From: Strigamia acuminata
Lineage: Eukaryota
Assembly: GCA_949358305.1 (NCBI GenBank)
Contig: OX442314.1
Coordinates: 18,724,001 to 18,788,000 of the forward strand
DNA length: 64,000 nt
Reading direction: 5' to 3'
Part shown: positions 1 through 13,600 of the stretch, in pieces
How positions within the stretch are numbered: position 1 is the first letter of the stretch
Layout of the letters: each line of letters opens with the position of its first letter
Notes under the pieces: model-generated
The model's input: the letters and a program-made list of their open reading frames with translations, nothing else
Told to the model about the DNA's origin: nothing
Database searches by the model: none
Made by a program: the position numbers and the translations under genes

Positions 1-443
1 AACAAAAACAATACTGTGAGAATAAGCTGCAAGTCGGCATTATATTACCGTATAATAATTTTTATTATTTATTTATTTATTAATTTTATTATGCTTGTAG
101 TTTATACTATTGTAAAGTATATTTTTATTATTTTGTAAACTAATTACAGTGCTTACTTACTTTTTATAATTTATTAGTGTATTAACAGCTGGTTGTTGAT
201 CAACTAATATTTTTTTGCACGTTATAACGTATTAATTTGGTTTTTATTGTACATTAGTTTTATTATTTTATTATGGTATTGGTGTATGTGTTCAATTTAA
301 TTTTAATTCCAATAAATATTTTAATTCCGACCCTTTTAGTTTTATTTTATTTTATTTTTCATTTATTTTTTAATCCCATTATTTTTTAAGTTTTTAATTA
401 TAACAACGGTTTTGGGTTTAACAACTCATCTAAGCAAACAATA

Positions 444-1276
444 GGGGGTTTCATTAATTAAGCAATTTTGTAATTTTGCAACTTTAGCAATTTTGCACTT
501 TTGGATTTGTCACATGATATAAGTTCCACCAATCATGTGCATAATTGCAAAAACACAAAACAGAAAAAATACACAATCACAAAATCAAAGGTAGATTTGC
601 TATTTTGGTAAAATGGCAGCAGCCAAACTCAATCCAAGTGGCCATCACAAATTGTGATTAACAATTAGTTGCAAAAACAATCTCATAATTTTGCAATTTT
701 GCAATTATTTAAATAGTCACATGACTTCCTATCCACCATATTAAGTTTTAGTTATATCCAACAAATTTAAAATGTGATGCAAAATAACTAGTTCTATTTG
801 TGTGATGGAAAAAATTTTTTTTTAATAAGGTGCATTTTAATAAATATAAGTTTCACAGATTGCACCAGAGTTATTAATTGAGTTTCCTAGCTGTTATACA
901 GTCATGGATGCATCAGCATATTGATGATATACAAGGATACAAGTTGGCCACTTAGATAGAACTTGGATGCCTCCATTTTGTTTTGAGTTTCACAACCCTC
1001 AAAATCACTTCTTATCAAAATCACAAAAACTACCTTTTAGATGTTTTTGGGATTTTGTGTTTTCACTCTCTTGTACTTTAGTGAATGTGAATGTGATTGG
1101 TAGAACAGATATCACATAGCAATACTAAAAAATCACAAAGTTGTCCTTATCACACAATTGCAAAATTGACTGGGTTAATTCAATGTAATCCCATTTCTGG
1201 AGGCATCAAAAAATAATGCTTTTGTGATTAATGCAAAATCACAAAATTGCAAAATCATTAAAATAATGAAACCCCC
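444..1276. mobile_element. MITE-like non-autonomous DNA transposon
   Basis: Terminal inverted repeats GGGGGTTTCATTA (from 444) and TAATGAAACCCCC (to 1276), flanked by TA on both sides. Subterminal ATTTTGCA / TGCAAAAT repeats are in inverted orientation. No ORF. Confidence 0.65.
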
Positions 1277-2310
1277 TATTAACGACTACAGTAACTTTTT
1301 TACAACAAAAATGTCCAATTTACGATTAGTCGATAACTTACATCAATAATTCTTTAAAGTTTCATTCACTTTATTTCACTTACGTGCCACGTCCTGGTTC
1401 CCACATTCCCGGACAGTAAAAATTGAAAATAAAGAAAAGTTGGCTTCGAAGATGAATGCCCTTTTTAGTTTTTACATAATCCTTTTTGGCTTTTCCAGTA
1501 GTACACTAGTGGCAATGGGATGACGATGAGTACGAGTTCTCATCTCCCATTCACCCAAGGATATGAAAGACTCACCTGACCCCATTATGCTTACTGGGAA
1601 TCCCAGTTGTTCGCCATCCTTTTGATTTAAGATCCTGTTTTTATGTCAAGAACATCAGCCACCCACTTTTAATTGGGTTTTCTGTAATTTTCCCAATCCT
1701 CATTACAAATTCACCGGTTGGGTTCTTACAAGTCCTGCAGAATGCTTCTTTTATTGCTTTGGATAAGATTCTGCCTTTGGGGTCATGAGTCATGGAATAG
1801 AAACGCAAGTACAAGTCAGCGCCTCATTCCACCTTGGGAGGGTAGCTAAAAACCCCATTATAAATTGGCAAATAGTAAGCCTTTTGCTCACAGATGATGC
1901 AAGAGAGCATATCAGTTGGACAAACCTCGAGTGATGCCATGATTTATATGTATCTCATTTCAAACCTTTGCATGCTTATTGACAAGTGGTTGAGATTATG
2001 TTTTAATGAATGAAACAGCGTAACTACATTGAAATAAATGGGATGAGATGCTAATCACAAACCCAAATTAATGATAGCTAGCAGTGGTATAGGAATACAT
2101 TGATAAGCCCGTGTGGGCCCTTAGTAGAGCCATTGCTATAGGATTTTCATCCTCCAATTACTTTTTAAACAAAATCACTTTTCATCCTCCATGGGCTCCC
2201 TACAGTAGGCTCGTGGGCCCGTGTCCACGCATGCGTTGCACCCCCGATTGCTACGCCACTGTTTGCTACAAATTGTCAATAAGACTACATTACATCCCTT
2301 AGCAAATATC

Positions 2311-2950
2311 ACAGGATGGCGGATGTATCGCGAAAAAAGATATCGCGAATTTCGCAATAACAAAAGAAAAAGAAAGTAATCGCGAAAAATCAAATCGCGC
2401 AAAGAAAAAAAACGCCAAAAAACAAATCACGAATCAAAATTCAGCGATTTGTTTGATACATTTGAAAAAAAAGCAAACGTGAAATTTAAAAAAAAAAAAA
2501 AAAAAGAAAACGCGAAATTTTAAAAAAAGAAAATGCGAAATTTAACCGTGATTACTGTTTAGTGTTTCTTGCATTTTTTTGTGATTTGTGTTCAGGTCAG
2601 GCACTCTGTTACCATTAGTAACACTTTATAGTGCTGCAATGTCCACTTTCAATGTAAACTTAGTTATTTCAGTGAAAAGAAAACTAATTTTATTTACTAA
2701 ATTATTACAAAAAATATTACATATCATTTACAAATTTAAATAATTATATATTATATATTAATAAATAGTAATGAAAAACGTTTTCTTTTTATTAAATCTC
2801 GCATTTTCTTTTTTTTTAAAATTTCGCTTTTTTAATTTCGCGGTTACAATTAGCGGTTACAATTCCAAGTTATTGTAATCGCGAATCGCGCTAACGTTTT
2901 CTGACATACCGGTAGCGCTTTTATGGATTCGCAATCACTTTTTTCGCGGA
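2311..2950. repeat. Degenerate foldback/inverted-repeat element
   Basis: CGCGAAA-type motifs in the left half and TTTCGCG in the right half. About 2511-2544 is nearly the reverse complement of about 2792-2827. Confidence 0.45.
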
Positions 2951-3046
2951 AAATCATGCGCTTCAAACTGGTTCTTAATCTTATAAAACGAGCGAAAAGT
3001 GGAAAATTCTATTATCACCTTGCATTTACTGTGATTTCTGTTAAAG

Positions 3047-3265
3047 GAGGAAGGAATAAGAGATGAAGAAAACGAAGACGATGAAGTTTTCATGCTACAA
3101 GAACGCAAAAACAGAATGGGATTGGCATACAAGAGAAGCTTTTTTGTCCGAATGGTGTCGGATCCAAAGCTATACAACCCTAAGATTCAAAAATCGTTGG
3201 GACATCGAAGTCACACTAGTCCATCACTTGAAAAGCAGAGCGTGGGCGTGCAGACGCCATTGTAA
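3047..3265 (+). CDS. Probable terminal coding exon of an unidentified gene starting upstream
   Basis: AG acceptor at 3045-3046, then an open frame EEGIRDEENEDDEVFMLQERKNRMGLAYKRSFFVRMVSDPKLY...SVGVQTPL*. GC content is higher than the flanks and AATAAA lies near 3498. Family not recognised. Confidence 0.4.
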   Translation, partial: EEGIRDEENEDDEVFMLQERKNRMGLAYKRSFFVRMVSDPKLYNPKIQKSLGHRSHTSPSLEKQSVGVQTPL

Positions 3266-5304
3266 GCTGGATTTCTCTTCATTTCACATTCGAGTGAGCA
3301 GATTTTAATTTAAAAAAGGCCGCACTATAGAAATTAGCGAGTGGAACTGCATTTGTAGACGTATCACTCTGTGGCCTCGTCTCCGTACCGTGTTTTGCAA
3401 CAACAACAACAACAACAAAAAACTAATTTAGTTTAGATATTTCACAATTCCTACTTAAAACAAGACAATGTGCGAACTGCTTAGTTTGCACAATCATAAT
3501 AAAGAATTATTTAAAAATAAAAAAAAATAAAAACTGACGACCAGCTGAAACACGTTAATGCGTTTGTTTATCGTTTTGGCGTCAAAATACCTTATTTTTT
3601 TTGCAAAAGCATGCTCGAAACACGGTACAATATTATTTCCGCTTTTCGGTTATCATCATCTATAGTCATTAAGCATTTCTACTCGCAAAAATATTCATTT
3701 CACTGTCAGATTAAAGTTTACACTTTTAATTTCAGGGCGTTCCAAAAGTTTGCATTTCTTTACCGAGGCTACGGTTCTGTCCCACCTCCAATTTGGCGGC
3801 GAAATGCACGGTGGCCACTGTTTTAGTTTCCATTACTGGATTGGTATAATTGTAGCCCTCATTCTGAATTGTAAAGACCAACAAATGTGTTCGTAAAGTA
3901 AATTGTTCAATTGTTAATATTAGTCTGTTTTCATGGAATGCTTTGTTGTTTGATATGTCAAATTTAGAGATTCAAAAGCAAAACGAAAAAAAAACTTTAG
4001 CCAAACAAAAAAAATAATACATGCAATAAGCACTTGTTTTTAAATTTAGCAGTAAAAATTTGGCAATTTTGTTTGTGATGTTTGCAATCAGAAAAGTGAA
4101 TACTGATACACAATAATAGATTTAAATTTTCTGTAAAATGTATGTTGTATTATTAAATCATATTACATCTTAAATTTGTTGTTCCTAATGTAAAATCGAA
4201 GTGCAATAAACTTCCATATAAATTGAACATCATTTATCAGTTATTTCTTAACAAATATTTGACATAAAAATTTGTAAACTCAATTAAACATTCTTAATTA
4301 ATACACAAATAAGCACTTATATACAAATTTTCAAATCAAAATACCTGGGACAGGAGTTTAACAATTGAAATACCTTTATAACTAAGACATTATCTACAAA
4401 TTATGATGCAAACAAGTAATTAAAGTAATTAGGTGAATTTAATGTGTTACAAAAAAAGTCAGTTTGTTGATTATTTTCCATAAATCCTAAACCTGGTGCA
4501 AAATCGTAAAAAGACTATTGAAAAATCAAAAACTTAGTGGAAATTGTGCAATCGTAATTTTTTTCGTGACATAGAACTACGTTTAGGAAGACACCACCAC
4601 CAACATTATTCATGTGACGAAAGTAATAACTCGGTTGACTCAACCATTTTGGGTCGACGCGTATGCTAAAATAGAACTACATCTTACGCATACAAAATGC
4701 TTGTTATATCGTCTTCTTTGCCAAGAAAGAAAAACAGAATCATCACTTGATGAGCATCATCACTCGATTTCACGACGTGGCTTCGGCTACGTCTTAAAAC
4801 ATTGAAAATTTGAGATTGCGACAAACGAATGGAAATTGCAAAAAACGAAAAGAAATTGCCAAAAACGAATGAGTCTGAGAGAAAACAACGGATAAATGAA
4901 AAGCAGAACAAATGACTTTTGCTAAGTTCACGGAAAAGCATCACTATTGGTTGGAAACAGATTCTCCGTAGTTAATAACAGTTGCGACCAAAGCGAGGCT
5001 GCAACTCAGTGTCAAGGAATTTTGAATTTTTATATTGATAAATAATAAATTAAATTTGAAACTGATGAATTTAGGAATTGTTAAGGTTTTAGCTAAGTTC
5101 AGTCTAAAAAAATAGATTTTTAAGCTCAAAATGCAATTTTATATGGTCCTTCAGCCTTTTTTTCACAATTATAAACCCCCAAAAAATATTCTAAACTAAG
5201 CCACTGTTTAAAATTAAACACACCCTATTGCCCTTCCTCACCTTTAAAAACACTTTAATGAAAATAGTAGTCACATTCGTGTCCAAAGCTTTTCCACGTG
5301 ACGA

Positions 5305-7104
5305 TTAATAATTGCAATTAATATGTGATACATTTCTTCTATTGCACACACACCATTCTATTCCCATAGAACATAAACGTCTCAGGTCTTTATAACCGTA
5401 CACAATAAGCAATAAAACTCCTTGCAGAGCCAGAGCCGTGTCGAGTACTAAAGGCAGCTCGTAATTGATTTGTCGTAAGTAATGTCCGATTATTCCACAA
5501 ACAAATGAAAACCCGGACACGATGAAAAGATTCATCCCGATTCGCAAACTACAAAGTTTAATGAAATTAATTAACCTATATAATACTGTAGTTTTGAAAT
5601 TAACATTTAACTTACATCGACTTGTTTTTAAGCGTAGTATTGACACTTGGCATCGACTTCTTCGCTTTCCGTACATTTATAAGAGTCAATAGGCAAAAAC
5701 CTAAATTAATAAAATTAAAAAGTGCAAACCCGCCCATGAAAAAAACCTGAACGAGCCAATCCTTTTTCACAGCTGCAGGTTCAATCATAACTGAATATAT
5801 AGATGTCATTAATACTCTCGGAACTACGACGAGTAATGCAATTAGCGACGGTAAACCATGCGCGTACACACAGCGATAAACAAATCCCCTTGTTGTACAT
5901 CCAAACTGAATCATTACATTCTTCGGATGAAACTGTCTCCATATATCAAAAGTAATAACATTCAGCCAAGATATAGCAGACAGAAAAATAACAATATGGC
6001 ATGTGGTGAACAATACTTTCCAAGCGATGCTCGATGTAATTGACAACAATGTTTGATACGCAGTTAAACTAGTGTACATTAGAAACAATGAACCCATGTG
6101 GCATAACATAGGTTTCGGATCGTGATAGTATTTTGATTGACGTGATGTTTTGAGATGCTGATAAAACGCTACTATCAAACACAACATCGATAGTGAAAAG
6201 AAAGAAACAGCAATTGTGTCCCAGTACGAATATTGCGGGTTCAAAACCTGAGGTATACAAAGTAAAACTGATTCGCCATCTGCTAAAATATCATAGTTTC
6301 CAATTTCGTACACTTCACCTGTTAAATTGTACGTCAAACTTCTGGTTGACTTGTTGTTGTACAGTTCTGTCAATGAAAATTTCCACTTCCAGCAGTTCGA
6401 AAAATGGTATGTATGTGCAACTAATAGATTGTGTGAATTTGAAGCATTGGTTGTTGCAGACATTTTAGTGTCGTGTCCATCTAATTTTTTGAATAAGGAA
6501 AAGTCTGAATTTCCTCGGTAAATTTAAAAAAATATTTCCTGAGAAATGTATTTTTCCAGTTGGTTAAATACAAGTAATTGATTCTATTGTTCATTTCAAA
6601 GTGGCCGTAAATTATTAACAGTAGGTCAACTCCCTTCAAAACACGCTTCAAATAAATTTTAAAAAATACCGTACCAACCGGTTCTAACGTCTATTAAACG
6701 ATAGTCGTTTCCGTTTAAAAGAAACATTCATTTTCAGTATACCGGTATGTAAGTTATTTGAAACATACTTACCTAACTTTTAAAAATATTAATGAAATAT
6801 AAAACCAAACCTACCTTATTTTTCTTCATTTAGATTTGCAATCTTGTTCCTAAAGTTCAGTGCAGTGTACCTGGGAAAAAAAATTAAATAACTCAGCATA
6901 AAACATCAAACTGATGCATTTACTTTCTGTTCCGTTTCTCGTTCTTCAATGGAAACACAAAGATCATCTCACCAGAACTGCAACTACCTAAATTATTTAC
7001 GAATTTTTGTGTCATTATTGAAATTTAATTGTAAATAATTCACCGCATTTGGATTTTATATAGTAATCGTTTTTTACGAATACGAAGAATAATAATGACG
7101 CCAT
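5305..7104 (-). CDS. Methuselah-like GPCR (multi-exon)
   Basis: ORF 5612-6463 has successive TM helices and mth-type motifs (SLSMLCL, CH..SL, WLNVITFDIWRQF, Y..YAHGLP). Last exon 5305-5575 has LQGVLLLIVY. The start at 7104 (MASLLFFVF) and small 5' exons are tentative. Confidence 0.75.
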
Positions 7105-7330
7105 CTTGTCTATGTGCAAATATAACCCAAGACAAATCTTGTGAGCGCATGGCCCATCGCCCCCTATTAACAATTAATTATATTACCAAAATATGAATAC
7201 TGTACCACAAAAATCCACAGCGCACGTGTTTAAAACAAATACTCCGGAAAAAAGAACAAAAAAAAATTCGCTAATTAAATTTTAAGAAAAAAAACCCTAA
7301 AAGTTCTTTGAAGTTGCCACCCTTGTTGTT

Positions 7331-7412
7331 CGCAGTTGGCAGGATTCGAACCTGCGCAGGAAGATCCTAATGGATTTCGAGTCCATCGCCTTAACCACTC
7401 GGCCACAACTGC
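7331..7412 (-). tRNA. tRNA-Ser(CGA)
   Basis: Reverse complement GCAGTTGTGGCCGAGTGGTTAAGGCGATGGACTCGAAATCCATTAGGATCTTCCTGCGCAGGTTCGAATCCTGCCAACTGCG: 7-bp acceptor stem, anticodon loop CT-CGA-AA, long variable arm, GTTCGAATC T-loop. Confidence 0.97.
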
Positions 7413-7641
7413 TATGCATGACACCTACAGTTGGAATATTGGAAAGTAATCAATCTCTCTCTAACATTTAAATTTTGTATTAATTTCGTGCAAATTTTTC
7501 TCATTTCCTAAAGAAAGGAAGACATCACACATCAAACTCCAATAAAACAAATTATTTTAATTCACTTTAAAAATATATGTATTAAATTAAACTAATGAAA
7601 TTAATACATCACAGCTAGCAGCCTCAATCACAACCTTAATT

Positions 7642-10600
7642 TTATTTCGGTTTGACCGGTTGCTCCGGTTCTTCAAATGAACTATTAGAAGAATTGGACT
7701 CATCCAAACTTTGAATACTTTGCTCTGTTAGAGCAGAATCAGTTGATTCACTACTTGCTTCAGCTTTTTCATCACTAACTGCAGCATTGTTCTCCTTTTC
7801 TCTAAACTCTTTTAAGCTTACATTTCTTCGTGATTTCTTTGGAATTCCACTAATACCCGGCAACTGAGTCGGCCAAGGAATTGACTCGCGATCTGATCTT
7901 CCGTCACTAAATCCTGATCCAAAGCTAGGCCATGATATTGGTGAACCAATGGGTGTCCCTGATGGCAACATGTGACCAAATCCTTCTTTGCCTAATAACC
8001 AGTAGGTTGACACGGACCCTAAAAACTGCCATACAGCAAGTTCATCTTTCGTTATTTTAAATTTAAAATAATAAATAAACTAACTGCATTCGAAAAGCCA
8101 TTTTGACTAAACAGCATTTTTAAACAATAAATTTAAACTGCTTGACTGAAGATCGTCTCGATCTAACCTAAAAAATGCGGCTGATTTAGTCTGCTTTGCT
8201 GATATATTATTGACACTCCATTTAATTTTAAAAAAAACACCTAAGTGATTTAATCTTACACCAGGTGTCGTACAAATGACGCAAAAATGTCGTATAAACG
8301 TGCCAAAAACGTCCAAAACACCAAAAATCATTAATGTAATCAATAAATGAAAATGGGGTGTGCAATTAATTGTAATGGTGGAAAAATACGCGTGTGTGAT
8401 ATTCAATTATTGAATTTTTTTTTAAAAAATTTAAAATGGGGTGCCAATAAATGGACTCCGTCTGCTTTCAGTGAGGATCCACAAAATATTTAAACAACAA
8501 AACATGTTTGACTACAATTTTTCGAATGCAACTACTATAAATTGAGAACATTGCTAAATTTTACTCGAAAACTTTTTGCTTTCAAGTAATGGTTTAGTTT
8601 TTATTCATTTATTGTGGTACCTTTATCTTCAACACTGTTCTGTACACCAAGAAAAAAGTACCAATTTCATCCAACAATGCAGCAGTCTTAGCAGAAACTT
8701 GAATTGTATTAGCTGTCAATAAAATTGAATTACGTTATTTATTAGGTATATACTGTAGCTTGAGAAGCGATTCTCTTTCAGTAATTGTTCAGTATTTACG
8801 TTCTCCATGGGATTCCATATTCTGAGAAATGATAACATCTTCGCCAAAGATGCAGTATCTAGGCATTGTCACTCCAACAATTCCGGCCACACATGAACCT
8901 GAAGAGATTTTATTTTGTCTTTATACCCAAACAGCGTTTAATGCTCTTAGCGTCTTAGGATAGGCTATCCTATTTTAATCTTAATTGCAAAATGTTTAGA
9001 AAATATTTGAACCAAACCAGAATTTACATTTTAAAAAAGTTGTTCAAGGTTTAAATTTTTTTTTTAACTGAGATAGAGGTACACCATTGCAGGGAAGCTA
9101 AACAATTGTGGACCATTGCAGGAAAGCTAAATAATTTTTCTCTAGTTCAAACTCATTTTTCCCATCACAACATCGATAGGGTTTAGGAATAAATTGGACA
9201 TTCTGTGCAGGGTCAGCTCAGACGTCGGTTTTCGGGCCCCAAACCCAGGCCCCGCGCTCAGAGGAGCCCGGCACTTTCGAAAATAAAAAATAAAAAAATA
9301 AAAAAAAATAAAAATTCTTTTTAACAAACATTTTGGGTCCTTATTCTGTGGACATTTCAGTTCTGTAAGACTGTATGGATGCATCTCGCATCCTTCTGGC
9401 ACTTATTTATATTCTGTAATTTGTTTTTAGGCATAAACTTAGTATTGTAAGTGATGCGGTACTAACCAGTATGTATTCCAATTCGAATTTGTAATTTAGT
9501 GTGTGGCATATGTGGAATTAAATAAGTACTAACGGTTGACAAAATGTGCAACGCCATTATCGCTAATTGCTCATAATGATTAATATTTGGTTCCGGAAGT
9601 CCGCTAACGATACAATCTGCAATTGTATTATTACAGTTATTACTTAGAATGAACAAATCCACAGATTTTTACTTACATGCATCTCCTATGGTTTCTAACT
9701 TGTACGCGTCGAATTTTTCAATTATGCTGTCTATGCAAGTGTATAAATCATTTAACATTTCTACAACTTGCATAGGGTTACTACCTTTGCAAATTGCGGT
9801 AAATCCAACCAAGTCACTGTGAAGTACAGATATTAATTAAAGTCACATCTATTTGCTTGCTGCATTAATATAATTGCCTAAATAAAATTGTCACACTCGG
9901 ATGCAGTTGTGGTTGGATGTCGTGCTTCAGTTTTAAACGCTCAATGATTTCAGTCGGCAGAAGACGGGCTATGAGTTCCGCAGTTTTATTTTTCTCCGTT
10001 TCTACTTGTATTAATTTCCTGGATAAAATCTCTTCCAAATGATTCGTGTAATTTTCAAGCTGGAACAAAATTCTTAATAGAGTTGCAAATCAATTTTATA
10101 ATTTTTTTTTTTTTTTTACCATAAAAATTAAATTTTGAACAAGTCCACCTTTTGTATCAACAAATAGTTTCAGTTCTAATAAAACATCTTTAAAAGTTGG
10201 GCGATTTTCTGGTTCTTCAGCACAAGTTATTAAGACAAGCTGGAATAAAATACAAAATGGCCAATAAAGTCCTAATGCTCTGCTAAAACATCTCTCATTG
10301 TATTTCCGTTACGCGTACATTCTGAATGCCTTTTCTTTCGAAGTACGCTCTAGGTAAGTCGCTTATCACCACTGAAGGTCTTATTGGAAAACTAGTATCA
10401 ATATTGTATGTTTCCAATAGCTAAAAAGAAAAAAGCAATTAATAATATAATTAAATTAAATGATGGAATGTTACCTTTTTAATTCCTCGGTTTGCAGGAT
10501 CGTGAAGATTTATCAGTAATCGAAAAAGTTCTTTCAATGACAATATTTGCAATTCAAAATGAAATGGAAGGTCGTGCGTACACATTTCAGTGATTATAAT

Positions 10601-13600
10601 TCCGTACGAATAAACGTCTCCGAGTTTAGTTCCACTACCAATCTCATTAGGTGTTGAATGTAACCGCAGCAATTCTGGTGCCGTCCACAGCATAGACCTG
10701 TAACATTTTAGGAATTTCAATGTGTTTAAGCTTTGTGTAGTTGTATTTACTTCTGAACTTCCAATTGCTCGATGTTGAATACAACATTTCTCATTTTTTG
10801 AACTCCAAAACCTAAAAAAAATTACACAAATCAAGAACGAATCAATGTGTAGGTCTACTGTACGAATATACCTGAGATTTTACAAGACCATCTGTTGTCA
10901 ATCAAACAATTTGTTGATTTTAACCGTCCGTGAGAGCCAATCGATGAATCATGTAAGAATTCCATTCCATTCGCTATGTCCACAAGGATAGAAAATTTAA
11001 AAGGCCAAGTAAGATTGTAAGCTTCGCTTGATAAAATATCCGCAAGACTTCCCTTTAAGTTTAAATTTAAAAGTATAGAAATAAAACTTATTTTCACTTA
11101 ATAATTCTATTAATTCGTGTACTTTTGGAACCAATGCCACTAATAATGCTACATAAGGAGCTACGAAACAGGCGCCAATGAAAGGAACCAAATTCTCGTG
11201 CTTCAACTGTTTCAACTCCATAATTTGCATTCGAAGGTCGTGAGAATTCAAATCCAAAGATTCCCGGTGAAATTTCTACATGTGATCAACACATCAACAC
11301 AATCGCAAACTAAATTTTATTTTAAAAATTAAAAAAAACTCTTCACCTGAGCAAAACACGTTATTTCTTTCCACTCCACAGTGTTTTCAATATAAGTCAA
11401 TCTTCCACCATCACTTGTAGCAGATGATTGTTGTGTTTCCTGATGACGTTCTGATAATGTTGCAGCAGATGACGTATGAGATGATGGAGCTTGAGAACGT
11501 GTAATTTCTTTAACATCTTTCCAATCCACGAGCCAATCTAAATTTCTTAGCATTTCACGTTTTGATTTTCTATTAAACGCGCGTTAAGGGTAAATATGGC
11601 AGCCTAAATTAAACGCTAGAAAATTGAGCTCCACTTTTTACTTAACCATCGACAGCATAAAAATAGAATCAAAATTCCAACTAAAATGGCAAGAGTGATA
11701 GCAGTTGCAAACCCGCCAAGTAAAATATCGCAATATGTTCCGTAATAACCAACGAAACATTTGCAATAATTAGGTGCCGTGCATGCTCCATGAACACATC
11801 CATCGCTAATAAAATGAAATCAAATTACAATAGATTAAATATACATAAAATCCATTTAAATTAACGTACATACGGACAAACAGCTTGATCACAGCGGTAT
11901 CCCTCCCATCCTAAGTCGCATTCACACTTGTAAGGATCTCGGCAAATCCCATTTACACACACATCGCAAACTGCAGCACCACAAAGTTCTCCAGAATATG
12001 CAGCTAAATAAGTACCATTTTCTTGGAAGAACCTACATCTGTCAAAAAAAATTTATGAATATTTTTACAATTTTTTCACATTTCCATTAAAAAAATGTGT
12101 TTTGGTTTAAACTATTCAGTAGAACGAAATGTTATCGCTTACTCGCACTCATTTTCAAAAGCACACACGCCATTTTTGAATTCTTTCGGATTCCACGCAT
12201 TAAGTCTTCCACCTCCACATCCTTTGTGACATCGGAAAACATAAGTTGTAATCTCAGTTCGGATGCAGAGATGAGTCAAATTTGCATCATCTTTGTGCGA
12301 CACTAAACTATTGGAACTTTTTGTTACGTAACCGCGTACGGATAAGTAACTACATTCAAACAAACATTGTGTAAATGAAGAGTAATGCAAATGTAAACAA
12401 ACACTGTACTCACAAACGAATATTATAACCTGGTTGTACCGCAATTCTAAGTGGTCGATAAGGTAATTTGAACAATTTAATATCGCGACTCGTAGCTTGT
12501 ACATGTTGCTCAAACATTAATCCACTTTCCTTGAAATTCGTTTCGAGTGTTAACTCTGAATTAGATAGAGCTCGTTTTCGTTTTGGTAGATGTAAATAAT
12601 GAACAAGAAAATCAGACTGTACCAACCAACGAACTATCACATCTTTCTACAAAACATAAACGGCGCAACGCAATAAATAAATAATAAATGCAGAAAAAGA
12701 ATTCATTCCAGCAAAAACCTACATGAGCTACACTCGGAATAATTTCATCGCCTACTTTCAAATCTTTAGTCACAGAAGTTACAGCCATTAGTGCACCGAG
12801 TCGCCGGCAATTATTATCTGCGGAATATTTTATCCGGCCTGTTAACCCATAAAATTCCACCTTTAAGTAACAAATTCAATTAGTGCAACCTAATACTATT
12901 CTATTATATGACTATATAAATAGTATACACCCGGCAATGTATGTATTATGCCTTCTTTGCTAGCAGAAGTATTCGATTTTATAAGCAAATTCAATGCATG
13001 CGCATAGCTCAATACAGCGTCATATCCCAATGCTATTACTCCATTTACCTAACGAATTATAACCTTTTATTATTTGAATATTTCTGGATTAAATCGCTCA
13101 TCTTATATTTACAATTTCCGATCTATAAGTCGGTATTCCGTTATATGCTTGCGGATTCATTTCAAAAAATTTTCGATTAACATGATACCAGAGGGGAGTA
13201 GAAAATGAAGAAATGTTGTACAATGTGTGCAAAAGCGTCATGCCATCAAATGCTTCTGTGCACGTTGGTTTTAAAGCACAAAGGGGATGTATATTCTCCC
13301 AATCGATTTGTTTGGCTGTAATGTCGTTCGAGACCCACTGATAGCCGTCGAGGGGTGTCATTTTGTTTCTTAGTATAAAGGAAATGACAAAAAATTAAAT
13401 TAAAAACATAGCATCAACAAGCATTTACAAGTTACTTGATTGCTTCTCTGAATACGAAGTAGAGTTTCGGTGCGTGAACGGTACAGTAAATAAAGTGTAT
13501 ACCGTGACTTTTAAATTTTTTAAAATCTTCAGCCAAATCGGTTTGATTGCCAATAATAAGCTGATAAAAATCAGATTAAACGAAGCTTATTAGCAATGCA

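Noticed and set aside
1420..1950. Higher-GC stretch with broken minus-strand frames
   Set aside because: Stops interrupt the frames and no family motif was recognised. It may be a decayed TE but is unsupported.
4614..4944. Charged, coiled-coil-like fragments
   Set aside because: Multiple stops and no identifiable domain.
11572..11646. CCTTAAC U12-like branch site in a receptor GC intron
   Set aside because: The donor is GTTAAG, not RTATCCTT, so it is treated as U2-type.
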